DNA of 64,000 nt. Origin: Asterias rubens. Lineage: Eukaryota. Positions 13,901 to 28,900 of the stretch are shown here, piece after piece. The translations under genes and the position numbers were made by a program. The notes below the pieces were generated by a model. The model ran no database searches. It worked only from the letters and a program-made list of their open reading frames with translations, and was not told where the DNA came from. The stretch lies in the NCBI RefSeq assembly GCF_902459465.1, contig NC_047071.1:4340001-4404000 (forward strand), in the 5' to 3' direction. The first letter of the stretch is position 1; each line of letters opens with the position of its first letter.

Positions 13901-16900
13901 CACAAACTTAAATGTTTTAGGAATTTACAACAAAAGTTTAGATTGAAGTGAATCCAATATTTTCAGAACAACTCGGTACCTAAAATGTTCTGCACTATAT
14001 CAAAGCATGTTTTACGCCTTAAAATTTGACAATAAGTTGAAAGGCACTAAGGCGGGAAATATTGCTAGTAGCAGAAAAAAGCTTACGCAAAATTGCAGTG
14101 TAGTAACTTGAGGCAGGCCTCTTCCGATTTTTTTTGCAATGGAGATCCATTTTGAAGCAATATGTTCTACTTCGTTTCGAGGATTTTAGCATTCAAAGTG
14201 TTAATCATGTTCCTTGCAATGTGATTGTTGTTGATGAAGGGATGAGTTGTAGACGGGTGGGGGGGGGGGGGTGTATAATGTGTCTCCGCTTGTATAATCA
14301 TAGAGCTTTAATGAACAAACCACCGTTACTGTCCATATCAACAGCATGGTGATAACATTATTAGGCATGATCCTATTACTCTAATAGTATTTCTCACTCT
14401 TCAGTGTACCCGGTCATGTGTTTACTGCATCAGTGTGTTGCTAGTCTTGGCTCAAGGCGTTACAACGTGATTCAGCGTTTTTCATGTCATTACTTTATTA
14501 ATCAATCCATAAGATATGAATTATCAACAGAGGGCGCAATTTTAACAATTTGAATTGTTCAAATGATTAGTCTTCATCAGCAACATCCTTGACATTTTGT
14601 GGTGGGGGGGGGGGGGGGGCTGGCTGGCTGGCTGACCATGAACACAGCGGAAATCAAGAAAGGCCTTGCTTGACCTTATGATTGGTTCAAGTAAGGCTCC
14701 TTTGTAAACATGCACAAGTTTAAAGGAACACGTTGCCTTGGATCGGCCGAGTTGGTCTATAAAAAGCATTTGTAACCATTTGTTATAAAATGCATATGGT
14801 TGGAAAGATGTTTTAAAAGTAGAATACAATGATCCACACAAGTCTGCCTCGAAATTGCGTGGTTTTCCTTTTACTGTGCGAACTCATGGTCCGCCATTTG
14901 TGGGAGTAAAAAATTTGACTCCCATAAATGGCCGATCGTGTTAGTCGATGAGGTAAAAGGAAAACCGTGCAATTTCGAGGCATGTTTGTGTGGATCATTG
15001 TATTCTACTTTTACAGCATCTTTCTACCCATATGCATTTTATAAAAAACGGTTACAAACGCTTTTCAAAGACCAACTCGACCGATCCAAGGCAACGTGTT
15101 CCTTTAAGGGAAGTCAATTATACAGCTGTGTTGCAAACAAACTGCTTACGAGCATAGTCAAGTGTTCAAAACACAGGATTATGAACATATGAACATGTAA
15201 AGTATCACGGTATAAATTATTCATATCTCACTTGAACTGCTTTGATGATTGGTTACCCGATAAAGTGTATACATGTACAAGATGGCAGAAGTTAGCATAG
15301 ATCTATGTAGAAATGGACATGATTGTGATGTTGCAATGTCCAACATAAAAACAGCGAGTCCAAACTACACCCATACACCCCTCCAGGTTTAACTAAAACC
15401 ATTGACAATTATCAATAAAGCTAATGAATAAAGTCCTTCCATCACTGCATCTAATTAAGTTTTTGATAGATCTGATAAAAGATGAGGGGAAGCTAATAAC
15501 CGTTAATAATCAATTGTCAGGTCTACTCAGGAAACTCAAATCATCAGGCTCTGATCTGTACATCATCAATACTACAAGGTTAAAACTATCATGGATGGTA
15601 TCAATACCAACCCCCCCCCCCCACCCCGAAAAAAACACCTGTAGTGGTCCTTTAGACATCTACTATAGAATAGGAACAAGTAAAGCCTGGTTCATTCTTC
15701 CCGCGAATGCGATACACATTTTGCATCACAAATTCGCAACAGTTGAAATGTGCTCAACTCCTGTGAAAAAAATAGCTGAAGACAGCCATGTGACATCAAA
15801 ATTCGCTTCGCATTCGCAGGAGGTATGAACCGGGCTTTAGAGATGAAATCTGTGATGTCAATCACTATGCATCTATGTTCAATGCACCCAGGTGTTAGTA
15901 CAGTAATTATAGACTACAGTAAGTCTAACTATTACTCTAAGAGTAAAGAATCTACTTATTATTTCCCCAAGCTAATCCAGACACTAACAAACCTCGTCAA
16001 AACCAGAATGAGAGACCTAAGGAGAGAAGCCTTCCGATCAAGAAATCACATGGTGGGTATGATGCGGCACAGCGTATGAAGCAAGAGCTATAATCAAATG
16101 AGACGGGTTCGGAAAGCCTCAGCTCTAATAAGGTTAGACTTATTCCTCCTCACGAGTTGCCTGGAATCGGACATTGGGTCACTTGCAAAGGCCTCTAAGC
16201 CAACTAGAAAGATGTTGTGGGTAAGCGGTGTCAGTTTGAGCAGAGAAATTGTCAATTGATGCACTCTCTCTTTGAATGCCTTGGTTTCTAAAATGGAAGT
16301 GTAGCGGCCATACGTCTTAATTAAGTATGCGAGGAGGACAGGCCTGGAAGAATGTCTCTAAATATGCATTCACATGCCTGTATGCTTCGTTTTTGAAAGG
16401 GCATGGGCACCCTATGAGGAAAGTGTAAATTTCTACTGGAGCATTTCAAGGGCACAAAGGCAATGGCAAGGGGTAATGGAGGCAATTCGCCTCAGTTGCC
16501 TCCGTGAAGTATCAGGCCTGCATTCATACTTTGCTTGAAACAAGACGTTTGAGGCCATTAGGTATGCATGTAGATCAACCAATAATTAAGGACGTTATTA
16601 ACTTGAGGCACTTCAATATGTCACGGTGCCCTTGGGGAGAGAATAATGTTTTCAACAACATGTAGAGCCCTGCATTTTTTATTTTATGATAATCATGTCA
16701 TAAAATTGAGGTGAGAATAGAAGAACAGACATCAGTGGTGGAAAAAGGCCCAAAACAGAAGCCAGGAAATTGTATTTATCTATTACAATTGTTTTGTTTT
16801 TTTTCATTCTGCAAAAAGGATGAACTAAAAAAAAGGGGGACATGTCAACAATAGGATACAAAAGAATCTCATCAGGAAATGTCCACTACTTCAGAGAAGT

Positions 16901-19900
16901 TAATTTGTAACACCAGTTTTGGCATTTCAAAATATTGACATGTTTTACAGAGAAATTGTGCTGTTTGTTTTTCTGATCAGCAGGAACGGGAAATGTGGCG
17001 GTCTCTGCTGGAAGTACAGATCTCTCACTTCCCCTGAAGCGGACCACAGGATGTCAAAGATCAGTTGCAATTGGAACTAAAAGAATCTAAATAACAACAT
17101 ACGTACATTGTAGGTCAGTCTTACTCCAATTAAACTGACACAGAATAGGACAATTAACACAGGTTTAAAGAATGTATATGTTTGGTAATCACTCTTAAAT
17201 TTAATGGCGACAAAAACGTTTGGTTAGAAGCCTACAAAGTATCGAAGTGTGGTTTTACATAAAAGGATAACAGTTTTTATGCCCCTAAATTTGAATCGAG
17301 AAATGTTGCTGTCACTGTCAGATTGTGTACTCCTATTAGGGATTTTCCTTTCTGCATACCTGTAGACATACAAATTATTGCTCTGGTTTTTCGGTGTTAT
17401 CTGTAAAACCGCGACCACATTTTGAAATGAAACTTTCAGATGTTTTATTGTATACATCTTTTTACATATGATATAAACAATCGAATGCTCCCAAAAACTA
17501 AAGGTATACTTTGCCTTTAACTATTACATGGGACATACATGTCACTGTGTAATCAGCCAATCACTCATGGTCGAATTTAATAACCTGCATCAAAGCATTC
17601 CGATTTGGCAGATGGTAGTTATTTTGAATTATGCCAGTCTGCTTCATATTTGCCTCTGACTCTCCAGTTCCTCTATGCAGTATTTGATGTTAATAAGCTA
17701 GCAGTGCAAAAGCAATCTCAAAGTCACCTCAGCTCTAATTAGGTATTCAGAGGTCAGGTTGTATTGACTTAAACAATTTAAGTCATCCCGTCTGAGTGTC
17801 ACTGCGATTGAACAAAATGGCACTCATTCCCCTAGAGAACTGTATATCATGAAGATTATATTTTCCTTCAGGCAAGAGATATTAAAAACTTGATCTTGTG
17901 ATATATTATCCTGTTTTAAGTTCTTTTGGATGATAATGAATGATACAATAAGCTTCTTGACAGAGACGCAATTTATTTCTATCCACAGCCATTGACTAAC
18001 AATTCTTAGAAACCTTTCCGACTCCACAGGGGATCAAAACCACATGCAGTCTTAAAGCACTCTCATCAGCACTAGCATCTTATTATCCATTAAAGACCTC
18101 TCAGGTGCTCAGTTATTTTCCTAGGTGGAGTGAAGCAATTAATGATTAAGTGTCTCGTTAAGCAAATTTTGTCTGGGTAGCCAATTTAGAGTGTCAGTAA
18201 ATTGCTGTAAACCATACGGGTACAGCATTAATAGTTGAATAAATTAAGACAAATTAGCCAACCTTTTGTGTTGGCAATTTTGTGCCAATAAATTTGGCCT
18301 TGTTGGGTGTTCTATTATTATGGAAGACTGTGAACATCTAGTTGTTTAGTAATAAGTGCACTGGGAAAAACAACAATATAATTTTGCCCTAACACCTAAG
18401 CGCTGCTATATCATAATGTGTACATGAAGTAGGCCTGGATGCTTCATTTTTGAAAGGGCAAGGTTTTCTCCTTGGTCAAGGGGACCCTAAGAGGACATTG
18501 TAAATGTAAATTTCTACAGTAGCGTTTCAAGGGCGCCCAGGCAATGACCAGGGGGCATGGATGCAATTGCCCTTGTTGCCTCTGTAAAGTATCAGACATG
18601 ATAAAGAATGCCTTGTCATTGGGCTTTGGAGTCAATGTAACAATTATGAGCATCGAGTCTACAGGGTACACATACCCCCTACAAATCCCTCACGATCAAA
18701 ACAAATTGGATGTGCTAGATCAAAGGGCCCAGAGCACATGTTGGTTTTAGTATGTGTGTCGTCTCACTCCCAGGTGAGAGAAACCCACCCCCAGTGAGAT
18801 ACTATGATTCCACGGAATATCTCCGTCTGACAAATTATTGGATATTTGTGGTTTCAACATGAATGGGTTATGGGTGAGTTGGGAGCTGTGTACCACACAG
18901 GAGCAAGGACCACAGAGCCAGTCTAAGTTATTGTTCATAAATACTCATTGATCGAGTTCGGGAGGTGTGTTCTTAGATGCTCAAGAACACGTAAAATCGC
19001 TGTTCATGTATCTTCCACCTGAACGATGATGTTGTGGCGCATTTTGTACAGTGTTGTTCTTGATACCGGCTGAAAGGTGGTGTGTGATCTTGTTCCGAGT
19101 GCATTGTTCTCAGGTCGTGTTCTCATCGATTGGGCGTGTGGACAGCGCACTCGGGCAAAGAACACACAGCCGAACTCAGCCAATGAGATAAAAATTAGTT
19201 GACATCGTTCGTGACTTGAGTAAGAGATCCAGTCAGACTTGAGTCAAACTCAAGTTGCATCCTTTTAAGACTTGACTAACTGGAGACATGAAACTTGGCC
19301 AGAAAGATTTGATGACAATTTTTCTCATGTGAAACGTAAGATGATAAATCTGAATTGTGGTAGTATATAACAAACCTGCTTGTCCGAGCATCTTGTAAAA
19401 TCTGTACTCTAGATGGAGCTGTGGCGCTCTTGACTTCATGGGTTCCTGGGGAAAAAAAATGGAACGAAATACAGACATATTTAGTGACATTTTGAAATAT
19501 TCTACAAAACAAATGTGTGTCCTCAACAAGTGTTGAGGAGAAGATTTTCAGATTATGGCAAGCAAAGTTTGAGGTTTGCACCAGCACCAACCATTCCAAG
19601 TAGTTTGGTCTTCATGTCAGGAGATGAAAATTGAAGAAGCCGAGTGAAAAACATGGCTTTCAATTCAGGTAAACACCCAGTCATGTTTTCAGGCCCTGAA
19701 CTTTGCTCTTGATGTGGCACAGCAATGGGAGACTTTCTGGGACGATAGAGGGCAGCAGACTTACCGGGTAAATCCATTGTTCTCAGAATTATGCGCATGT
19801 TCAGAACTACGTAAACAATGGAAATTTACCCGGTATGTCTGCTGCCACCTAGCGTTGGAAAGTCTCCTATTTTCCTCTGTTAAGGGTAAACTCTATGGGG

Positions 19901-22900
19901 GAAACTGTAAGTTTTTATTGGACTCTTACAGAGGGCACCACAGCAAAAGCACGTTTCACCACAACCATTGCTGTGGGTGCCATGGGCTATTTTCAGGCAT
20001 GTATTTGTATTAAGGGCGCACCACTTTAAAAGGATTTGGGTACTTTTTCAAAATGTCCATAGATTTACATTAAACTTACAGGGTTTAAAGATAATGATAG
20101 TGGAAAGCTTCCCTTCAAATATTACTTACTGAGGTGCTGTAGTTTTTGAGAAATGAGTAAAACAATATCATGAATATCTGTTTGTAAATGATTAAAAAAT
20201 TATTTTCATGACATTGTTTTACTCATTTCCCAAAAACTACAGCACCTAGGCACGTAATATTTTCAGGGAAGCTTTCTACTATCATTATCTTCAAACTGTG
20301 TAAGTTTAGTGTAAATCTGTGGACATTGTGTTTTTTGTCCTACAAAAGTTACATAGACCCTTCAGATGTTATCGTTTGTTAGAGATTTGTGTACATTAAT
20401 CATCCAATTGCAGCCTGTTGACCAACTGTTAGAAACCATTTAACGGCAAGGATAGAGTATGGATGATTGCACAACTGTACTGTGTATTCACCACCTGGTC
20501 ATGTAGCTTTATCAATCATTTACATTTATTGAATGGCCAGAGAGCAGGAGGGATTTATATTAATATAATGTACTCTCTTGCGATAAGCAGCAAAAAAACA
20601 TCTTTCTCGTGTTTGTTTCATCTCGATGGACTTGTAAGTACATCAACCATGCTTGACATGAGGCTAGTCATCCTCATACCAATCCTTCCAGAACTGAATG
20701 GACTGTTCCGGCTTTCCACTAAGCTCCGCCCACCGCGCACGTGAGCAAGACACGTGTACGAGCACTCCCAATGACATTCTGCACGATTCTGCCGCGCGTG
20801 CCAAATATACGCGCACACATGACCGAGTTTGTCCGACCACATTCATTGCTGTGATTGGTCAAATGGGTGAACGCGCAGTTTGATTGACAGGCCGGATCGG
20901 TCCATTGTTATTAGGCCTCTTGAAGGGGCACCACATATTTCATTTGGGGCACTTCTATGAGTAAAATGTGAATTTGTATTGAACCTTGCAAAGGGCACCA
21001 CAGCAAAAGCACAGGGCACCACAGCAAAAGCACAGGGCACCACAGCAAAAGCACAGGGCACCACAGCAAAAGCACAGGGCACCTCAGCAAAAGCACAGGG
21101 CACCACAGCAAAAGCACAGGGCACCGCAGCAAAAGCACAGGGCACCACAGCAAAAGCACAGGGCACCACAGCAAAAGCACAGGGCACCGCAGCAAAAGCA
21201 CAGGGCACCTCAGCAAAAGCACAGGGCACCTCAGCAAAAGCACAGGGCACCTCAGCAAAAGCACAGGGCACCACAGCAAAAGCACAGGGCACCGCGGCAA
21301 TTGCTGTGGGTGTCTTGGTCTATTTTGAGGCCTGTGTTATGATGCAGATTTTGTTGTGCGATTGTCTCTCGAAAAAAGAAAAAAATGCAGAGCTAACGTG
21401 TCTTTAGATTATTTTCAGGATCTGCAATAAGCCGTACAATCTAGATGACTGAAATGAATATTTTTCTTCCAAGCATTTAGAAAGGACCACGATTCCAAAT
21501 GTACATATATTATTCCTAGCTTCCTACTAACTTCCCAGCGTTTAAGTGGCTTTCTCAGATCACAGAGGTCAATCATGAGCAAGTGGTTGTTTTTTTGACA
21601 TCTTCCTTTCTCACTTTAAGCTGGCTTAGTAACTCTAGACCAGCAATATAGGGCATAAGATTCAGGTTTTATCTGTTGAGTTGTTGTAGAGAAAGTAGGC
21701 AAGTAGAGTAAATGTTACACTTCATCCATGCCTTTCCTTGGCCTTACCGTGACGCCTTGTAAGCAGATGGACATTACGGGGCAACAGCGAGAATGGATCA
21801 ATAAGGTACTCCATGTACACTGGTCTGACTTCAGTTAGTAGGAAACCGTACATCAGAATGAGGAATTCATCATCTAAGTAAGACTACAAGGTCCTTGTCG
21901 TAATTAAGATCCGCTGAAAATGCGGTTATGCAATTTTTGAACTCCTGATAAAATTGAGTTCATTGGTGATACGCCGTTATGAAAGTATTTATGCAACAAA
22001 AAACATGGGTTTCATAGTGGACATTTATTTGCTGTTTTGTGTTTTATCCCGTGATTTAGGGTCATTTAAGTTCAAACCCGTTGCTCTTATGTGAAATTGC
22101 AAATAAGGAGCCTTTCTCACCGCGATGACAAATTGTGAATAATCAAGAGCTATCAAATACTATGATTACAGTTTTATTAAAACTGTGAAGTGGTAACTAA
22201 AAACCAACACCAGTGATTTACAACTCTTATCTTTATTTAAACAGAAATCACATTTGGATAATCCTACATTTATTATGAGGAGATAACGGTAGCATGATAG
22301 AGAAATATCCTAATTAGGAAAGGCTGAGCGATAGCAACCACATTGGAGTTACAATAACAGTGTAGACATGGCAGACAACAATATGATAGGACTGTGTTAT
22401 TCTGAAGGACATAATACAGGGTGTGGTTTTAACAGCAATTCAACCATGATTCAATCAACAAACACACATTCATTGCTCAGGGCCACCTTTCATATATAGC
22501 TGCACATTAACTGTCAGTACATTTATGAAAGTTGAAATCTACACTAGTGTCTATGGATCTGTGTCCACGTTCCTGGCAACCTGGACCAAACTTTATGACA
22601 AATTACAAAGGAATTCTGCATTAATGCAAACACTTTACAGTGTATGGTAAGGGGCCATTCAAAATAGTCAATGTTAAAAATTATATTTTGCAAAATTGTT
22701 TTAACACACCACCATCCCCAAATTTAAATTTTATAAAATTGAATGGCTGATATTATAGTCTGAAAAAAGTGTGTACCCTGCACTGAAGAACAAAGTTATG
22801 CCTCAGTTTTTGATTGGTTTTTTCAATGGCTTTTTTCTGGCTTAAAGAAACAAACTTTCCTTTTCACAGTTACATCAGAAATGAAATTTACAATCTTGGC

Positions 22901-25900
22901 CACCTGAATATTTTCTTTTTCGATTGTGAGTTGGTTATTTCTTTGGACTATCCCACAATTGCGAAGAAAAAATAAACCCAAATCTATTTTTTTTTATATT
23001 AAACATTGACAATCTGAATGGCGGTGAAATCTACGGTAAGCAGTGGCTTGGAACTGGACCATCATTCCTTTTCAAACTGGCCCCAGAGACACAAGTGCAG
23101 CATTTGGAGTCCTACTGTTTTTTAGGGTACATAATTGGCAAGTGTCATGGAGCCAGATTAACAAAGGCATCGGTTCTATTAAATCAGTGACCTCAAGAAA
23201 ATCAATGTGAGTGAGAGCAATGGTGGGGAGTGTGCAAGGCTGTACACTTCTAGTGTTTATAACATGGCCAAGATTGCCCAAGGTAATGGCCCCATTTCAT
23301 CATGTATAATATGAAATACGTGTCTGTGTGGCTTGACAAGTTTCACTGTGAGGACAGACTTAGCAGGAAACTAATTATGTTATTGTAAATAACAAGATGT
23401 TGGTTGGTTACCTGTTATATGTATGGTTCATTTTGTTTGAAGGCAGTGGACACTATTGGTAATTACTCAAAATAATTATTAGCATAAAACCTTCCTTGGT
23501 AACGAATAATGGGGAGAGGTTGGTAGTCCAAAACATTGTGATAAACGGCTCCCTCTGAAGTGGAGTAAGTACTTTTCCACAAATTTGATTTTGAGACCTC
23601 AAGTTTAGAACTTGAGGTCCCAAAATCAAGCATCTGAAAGCACACATCTTCGTGTGACAAGGGTGTTTTTTCTTTTATAGTTATCTCGCAACTCCGACGA
23701 CCAATCAAGCTCAAATTTTCACAGGTTTGTTATTTTATGCATATGTTGAGATCCAGCAAGTGAGAAGACTGGTCTTTGACAATTACCAATAGTGTCCACT
23801 GGCTTTAAGGGTGTCCAAATTTCCTGGAAATTTTTAAACTTGGTGTATAAATTGTTTACTTACAATACATTTACATGTTAATGACAGGAACAAAAAGGGT
23901 GCCCAAAAGACACACAGACACTCCTCTGGCTAACACTATGGTTTTAGCCAAACTTTTCAATCTTTAGTAAATATTTGTATTTTGTAATGATGGCCTTGTG
24001 AATTGGGCTTACATAATAAAACATACTAAAACACACTACAATCTAAAAAAAAAACCACTCCAACTCTTGAGATAAAGCTCATGTGGTTAAAATAAAAATT
24101 TGCTTCCAAAACACGCGAATTTAACTTCTCATCACTTTATCTCTAGTGTAAATATAACGTAACAAATTGCAGTTGTTTGTTATAAATGTGGACAAGTGTG
24201 CACACTTGTACTTAATTTCTTTTACTAAGAATTTAATCAATACGGTTCTTTGAGAAGGCGTAAACCTCCAAGCACACATGGTGGCCTGACTGTGTTTTGT
24301 ATAGAGGGCCAGACCTCTCTTATTATGGAAACCTAGCTATCAGTCTACCTTGGATACAATCAACACAGCTTGCAGATGGTCAACATAAACTTGCTTAAGC
24401 CCTTCCTTCATCTACACAGGCATGGGCTACTTGGGCCCTTCCTAGATAGATCTACACAGGCATACATATAGGCTAACTTCCTTTTGAAATAAAAGAGGAG
24501 ATGACCACTGTCTGTAACTGGTACAATGTAGGTAACGTGCACCAGTCATGGATGGGTCAAAGGATAGGCAAGCAAATTGATGGAGGAGTGGGCAAGCATT
24601 GAAGGAAAAACAACCTCCAAAAAATTTAACAATAAACTCTTGACAAAAGAAAACTGTGTGGCTAACCAACCCTTTTAACATATTTGATGGAATATGCAGC
24701 AGGTGCCATCCGTTATATTGCGATGTTTACTGTCACGATGCTCCAGGATTAAATATTGGAATCCAGTATTGGTAATTGTTGGATGCTTTGAAGCGTCGTT
24801 TCAAAAATACATATTGCGTTTCCAAAATAAAAATTTCAACTTATAAAACTAGAAGTTATATTACACACTTGCCAACTAGACTAATTACAGAACAATTTTT
24901 AAGCATAATTTTTATATGGATCAAATTTTACAAAAAGTGATCCAACTACTTTTTTTTCCAAAACTGGACTCCCCTAACTGTATCATGTTTACGTTACTAA
25001 AGAATAAAGATAACCATCAGGTTTATTAGAATTGTGCTACCATGTAACAACTTAAAACAACTGTTTTTCCTATATCAAAAATATAAAGTGGACTCAAAAT
25101 CTTGTACAAACATTGGTCAGACAATGGAGTCATCGAGCGGTTAACATGACCACAACAGATTTGTACAAGTCTAATTTAGCTGTGGTTCCCATAATCAGTA
25201 AAGGAGGCAACTGGTGTTATCCTAAACCATAGAAGCTACATGTATTAACCCACAGGGGTATTCAGGATAAAAACTACCCACACATTATGAATACAATCTG
25301 GGGTAAGGTTTCATCTTTGGCTGATGTTTATGTTGTCTGGAACACAGCAGGGTACCTAGACTTCACTGAACATTGCTTGTGGGCATTTGAAAGGTAGAAA
25401 GTGAAACCTTGGTTTATAGGAAAACTAATGACTAATCTCAATCTCAACTTGTGATACTAAAGTTACTTCCATTTACAAGCCTCAGCAGGATAAACAAAGA
25501 TTTATTTTGGAATGGCCGATTAAAAGGTAGTTATTTAATCTCTGGTTGGCTTTCCAAAATGAGACATCTTGGGCAAAAAACACTGAGTGTCGTGGCCGAG
25601 CGGATAAGAGCACCGAATTCAAGCTCTGATGCTTCTGTCCAGCAGAGTGTGGGTTCGAATCCCCAGCCGTGACACTTGTGTCTCTGAGCAAGACACTTAA
25701 CTATAATTGCTTCTCTCCACCCAGGGGTAAATGGGTACCTGTGAGGGCAGAGATGGTTATTGTGGTTGATTTAGCCGAGTAGCGCATATTAATGTTGCAC
25801 AGGCTGCATACTCCCTACCAGGGAGCTGAGATGGTTTAAGGAGTGAATTAAGGCCCAGTGACCAGGGGTAATAATGTCAACCGCTTTGGGACGCCCTCCG

Positions 25901-25927
25901 GGTGTGAAAAGCGCTATATAAAAACGG

Positions 25928-25990
<63 letters not shown>

Positions 25991-28900
25991 GAACGATACA
26001 TGTATTGTTTGTGTGTTTTATATATCAATCAAGCGAATATTAAAAAATTGACCTTTAGGCCTAACAAGCAAAAAAAAAACCACACGTGTAACAACAGAGA
26101 ATCAGATTGAATAAAAGTTTTATCTTGTTGTTATGTTTTCATGGTCTGTCTTGTTTTAAGAGAGAACACAAAAACAAACTAAAAACGCTCACTAGTCATT
26201 TTCTCTCTTCAAATAAAGTATGATAATATGTGTTTATATTAAAAAAAGAATAAACATGGCGTGCAGAACATACCCATCTTTTGTTGGGTTTGGACTTTGA
26301 ACGTCTGTAGATTGGGTCTTTGCTCAGCAAATGAAGTACAACAATAAGCGATGTTCAATTTCTTTTTTCGAAAACAAAAGTGTAGCGGATTCTGTCTGAA
26401 ATTAGGGCTCTGGCGCCACTTCTGGGGCACTTAAATGGGGAATACAAATAAGCGCGCAAAGATGTTTTCATCATGTTTGTCCAAAATGACAATTATTGGA
26501 GATAAAAATTCATTTATGGTTTACTCAAAAAGCATCCTAAAATATAATGAAAACAGCCATATCTGACAATTTTATTTCTTAAGCAAAAGAGTATAATATT
26601 TCTGCCAAAAAAATATTACAGTTTTTGTGTGTGCTATAAGAATTCAAACATACATTTATTTGGTTTACACTGCAATGTCATATAGCAATTTTGAAATCCA
26701 ATTTAATCCTCTCAATTAATGGTGGATGTCCCTGCACATGACTTCTGCTCTGATCTTTGCTAATCTTTGCAAGTGATGTTTACTTGCCGCAAACTGTGAG
26801 ATAATTTATGTTTGTTCATCGAATCCTTACACAAATTGAACCCATTAGTTGTCTCTAGTCTTAGAAGCTTGAAAAAGACATTGACTGTTAATGTTTGTAC
26901 ACCCTGTGGAAACACTTCAATTTGCTCAACCAATGTAATTTCCATTCAACAATGTGTGCATAGTACCTGGACTCATTTGTGAATGGAACCAACCTTATAT
27001 ATGCAAATGTCACTGAACATTAGATCTAATCACCTGGACTCATTTGTGAATGGAACCAACCTTATATATACAAATGTCACTGAACATTAGATCTAATCAC
27101 CTGGACTCATTTGTGAATGGAACCAACCTTATATATATGCAAATGTCACTGAACATTAGATCTAATCATGAACATTTGAGAACTTTATATAGAAGGACAT
27201 TATTGCCTGTGGCCGCCTCTCCTGCCAATATAAATTTTCTAAATCATTTGCAAGGCTCTGTTTCAGGGCCCTTAGAATCTAGGCGACAAATTGTCTAGAA
27301 TCTTCAAAAGATAAAGCAAACCTTTCCCTGACAGGTTGTGAATGCTACTTGAGTCCGAAAGACTTAGTATTCATGGCATGTACAGTTCTGAACCATTTAC
27401 ACTTACATGATACATGAAATGCCTTCAAATACATTCCAAAAATGCATATCCATAATAATAGTAATAAAGGTTTTTATATATCGCAAAATTACAATTAAGT
27501 CCCAAAGCCCTTTTCCCCGTCACTTGTAATACAAAGAAAATGTGCATGAATTAGTTTCGTGGATTATTACTACATCGTGATGCAACAATAACAAACTTTC
27601 AATGTTATGACTAGGCCTAGTCATGACATCACTGAAAACAATGCCCTACCCATTTATGCATTTAATTAGTTATCATAAATACTTGCAGAAATTCTAAAGC
27701 TTGAGACGAAAAGTTTTGTGCTCAAACCCGTTTGTTTTCAGTGTAATCATGGAGGAAGGAAGAGAAGGAGCTCGAACGACCCGCAAAACTGCAGAGTAAC
27801 AAAAGAATACTCTGACAATGCCCCTCTCTGGCCTGTGGAAAAAGATAGGGGACCTCCAGCTGGACGGCCGATTAACGAGCGGGATTAAATCTCTTTGTAC
27901 AGAACGTGTGGTACCGCCAGTCTGCGCTCTTGCCTGCGTGTAAAGTTGAATCATTGGAGACAAGAATTGTGAATATACACGTTTTCATTTGTGGTGTTTC
28001 ACGGAAACATCATGGCACATTTTTCCAATTTTTGTGACTTTCCGGTCACAAGCGGTGGTTCAAAATTTGGGTATTACCACACGAGGGTGGTAGGTATTCA
28101 ATTGTGTTTTTTGATTTGGTGGGCACAAGTGTACAGAATTTTTATCAGGTCTCAAAAAAGTTGTTTTTTTCTGTATTATATCCATACGACATACGACACC
28201 ATAGTTGAGTGAAGAACCAAGTGCGCACGCGCAAACTCACATACGCCAGGTCGCCCATTGTCTGTATAAGGTATGTGGGTCATTACGAGGTGTCGTTAAA
28301 CGACCGCGGTACCGCAGGTTCGACTTTTGAGGTCCCTTCGTTCGAGCTCCTTCTCTTCCTTCCTCCATGGTGTAATGTAGTATTGATGTAATAATCCTGT
28401 GTTCAAAATAATAATTATAACAAATATCAAAGTTTCTTTGGGTATCTTTAGACTTGTTTGAAATATATTAAAACATAAAGAAGACAAAATAACAGATATT
28501 TATAAACAAAAGCAAGTGTGCATTGATTTGATCAGATTGATTTGATCAGACTGAGTTGATAAGACTGACTTGATCAGACTGATTTGATCAGAATCCTTAA
28601 GTTGATTAAACCCTACTTAAACATCAAAATAAAGATGCAACATGGTCCCAGTATTGACAAACCTCTCAACATACGTCTCCAGCAAGATGCCGGGTCTTGA
28701 CCCGATGTTTGACTGTCTACTGTTGATTGGTCTTTGACCTTTCCACATGAGGAACGTGCCTGTCCTTTTTTCTCGTTAACATTTTAACGACCTCATTGCA
28801 CAAGGTGATGTTAAATTGAGTCTATAGGGGACTAGTTAAAGTCTCATAGAACATAATTTTTTTTTAAGATCGGAAAAGTGTCCCGAATTCCAAAAAAATC

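Noticed and set aside
15960-16330. Higher-complexity stretch that might be a retroelement relic
   Set aside because: No RT, endonuclease or integrase motif recognisable in any frame I read.
20843-21407. Four long repetitive ORFs (149, 129, 142, 118 aa) resembling antifreeze or adhesive repeat proteins
   Set aside because: All arise from the stop-free 21-bp minisatellite inside a transposon; there are no supporting splice or promoter signals.
25789-26028. Poly-Ile ORFs (also 55519-55845 and poly-Asn 55462-55689)
   Set aside because: These are translations of (ATT)n retroposon tails.
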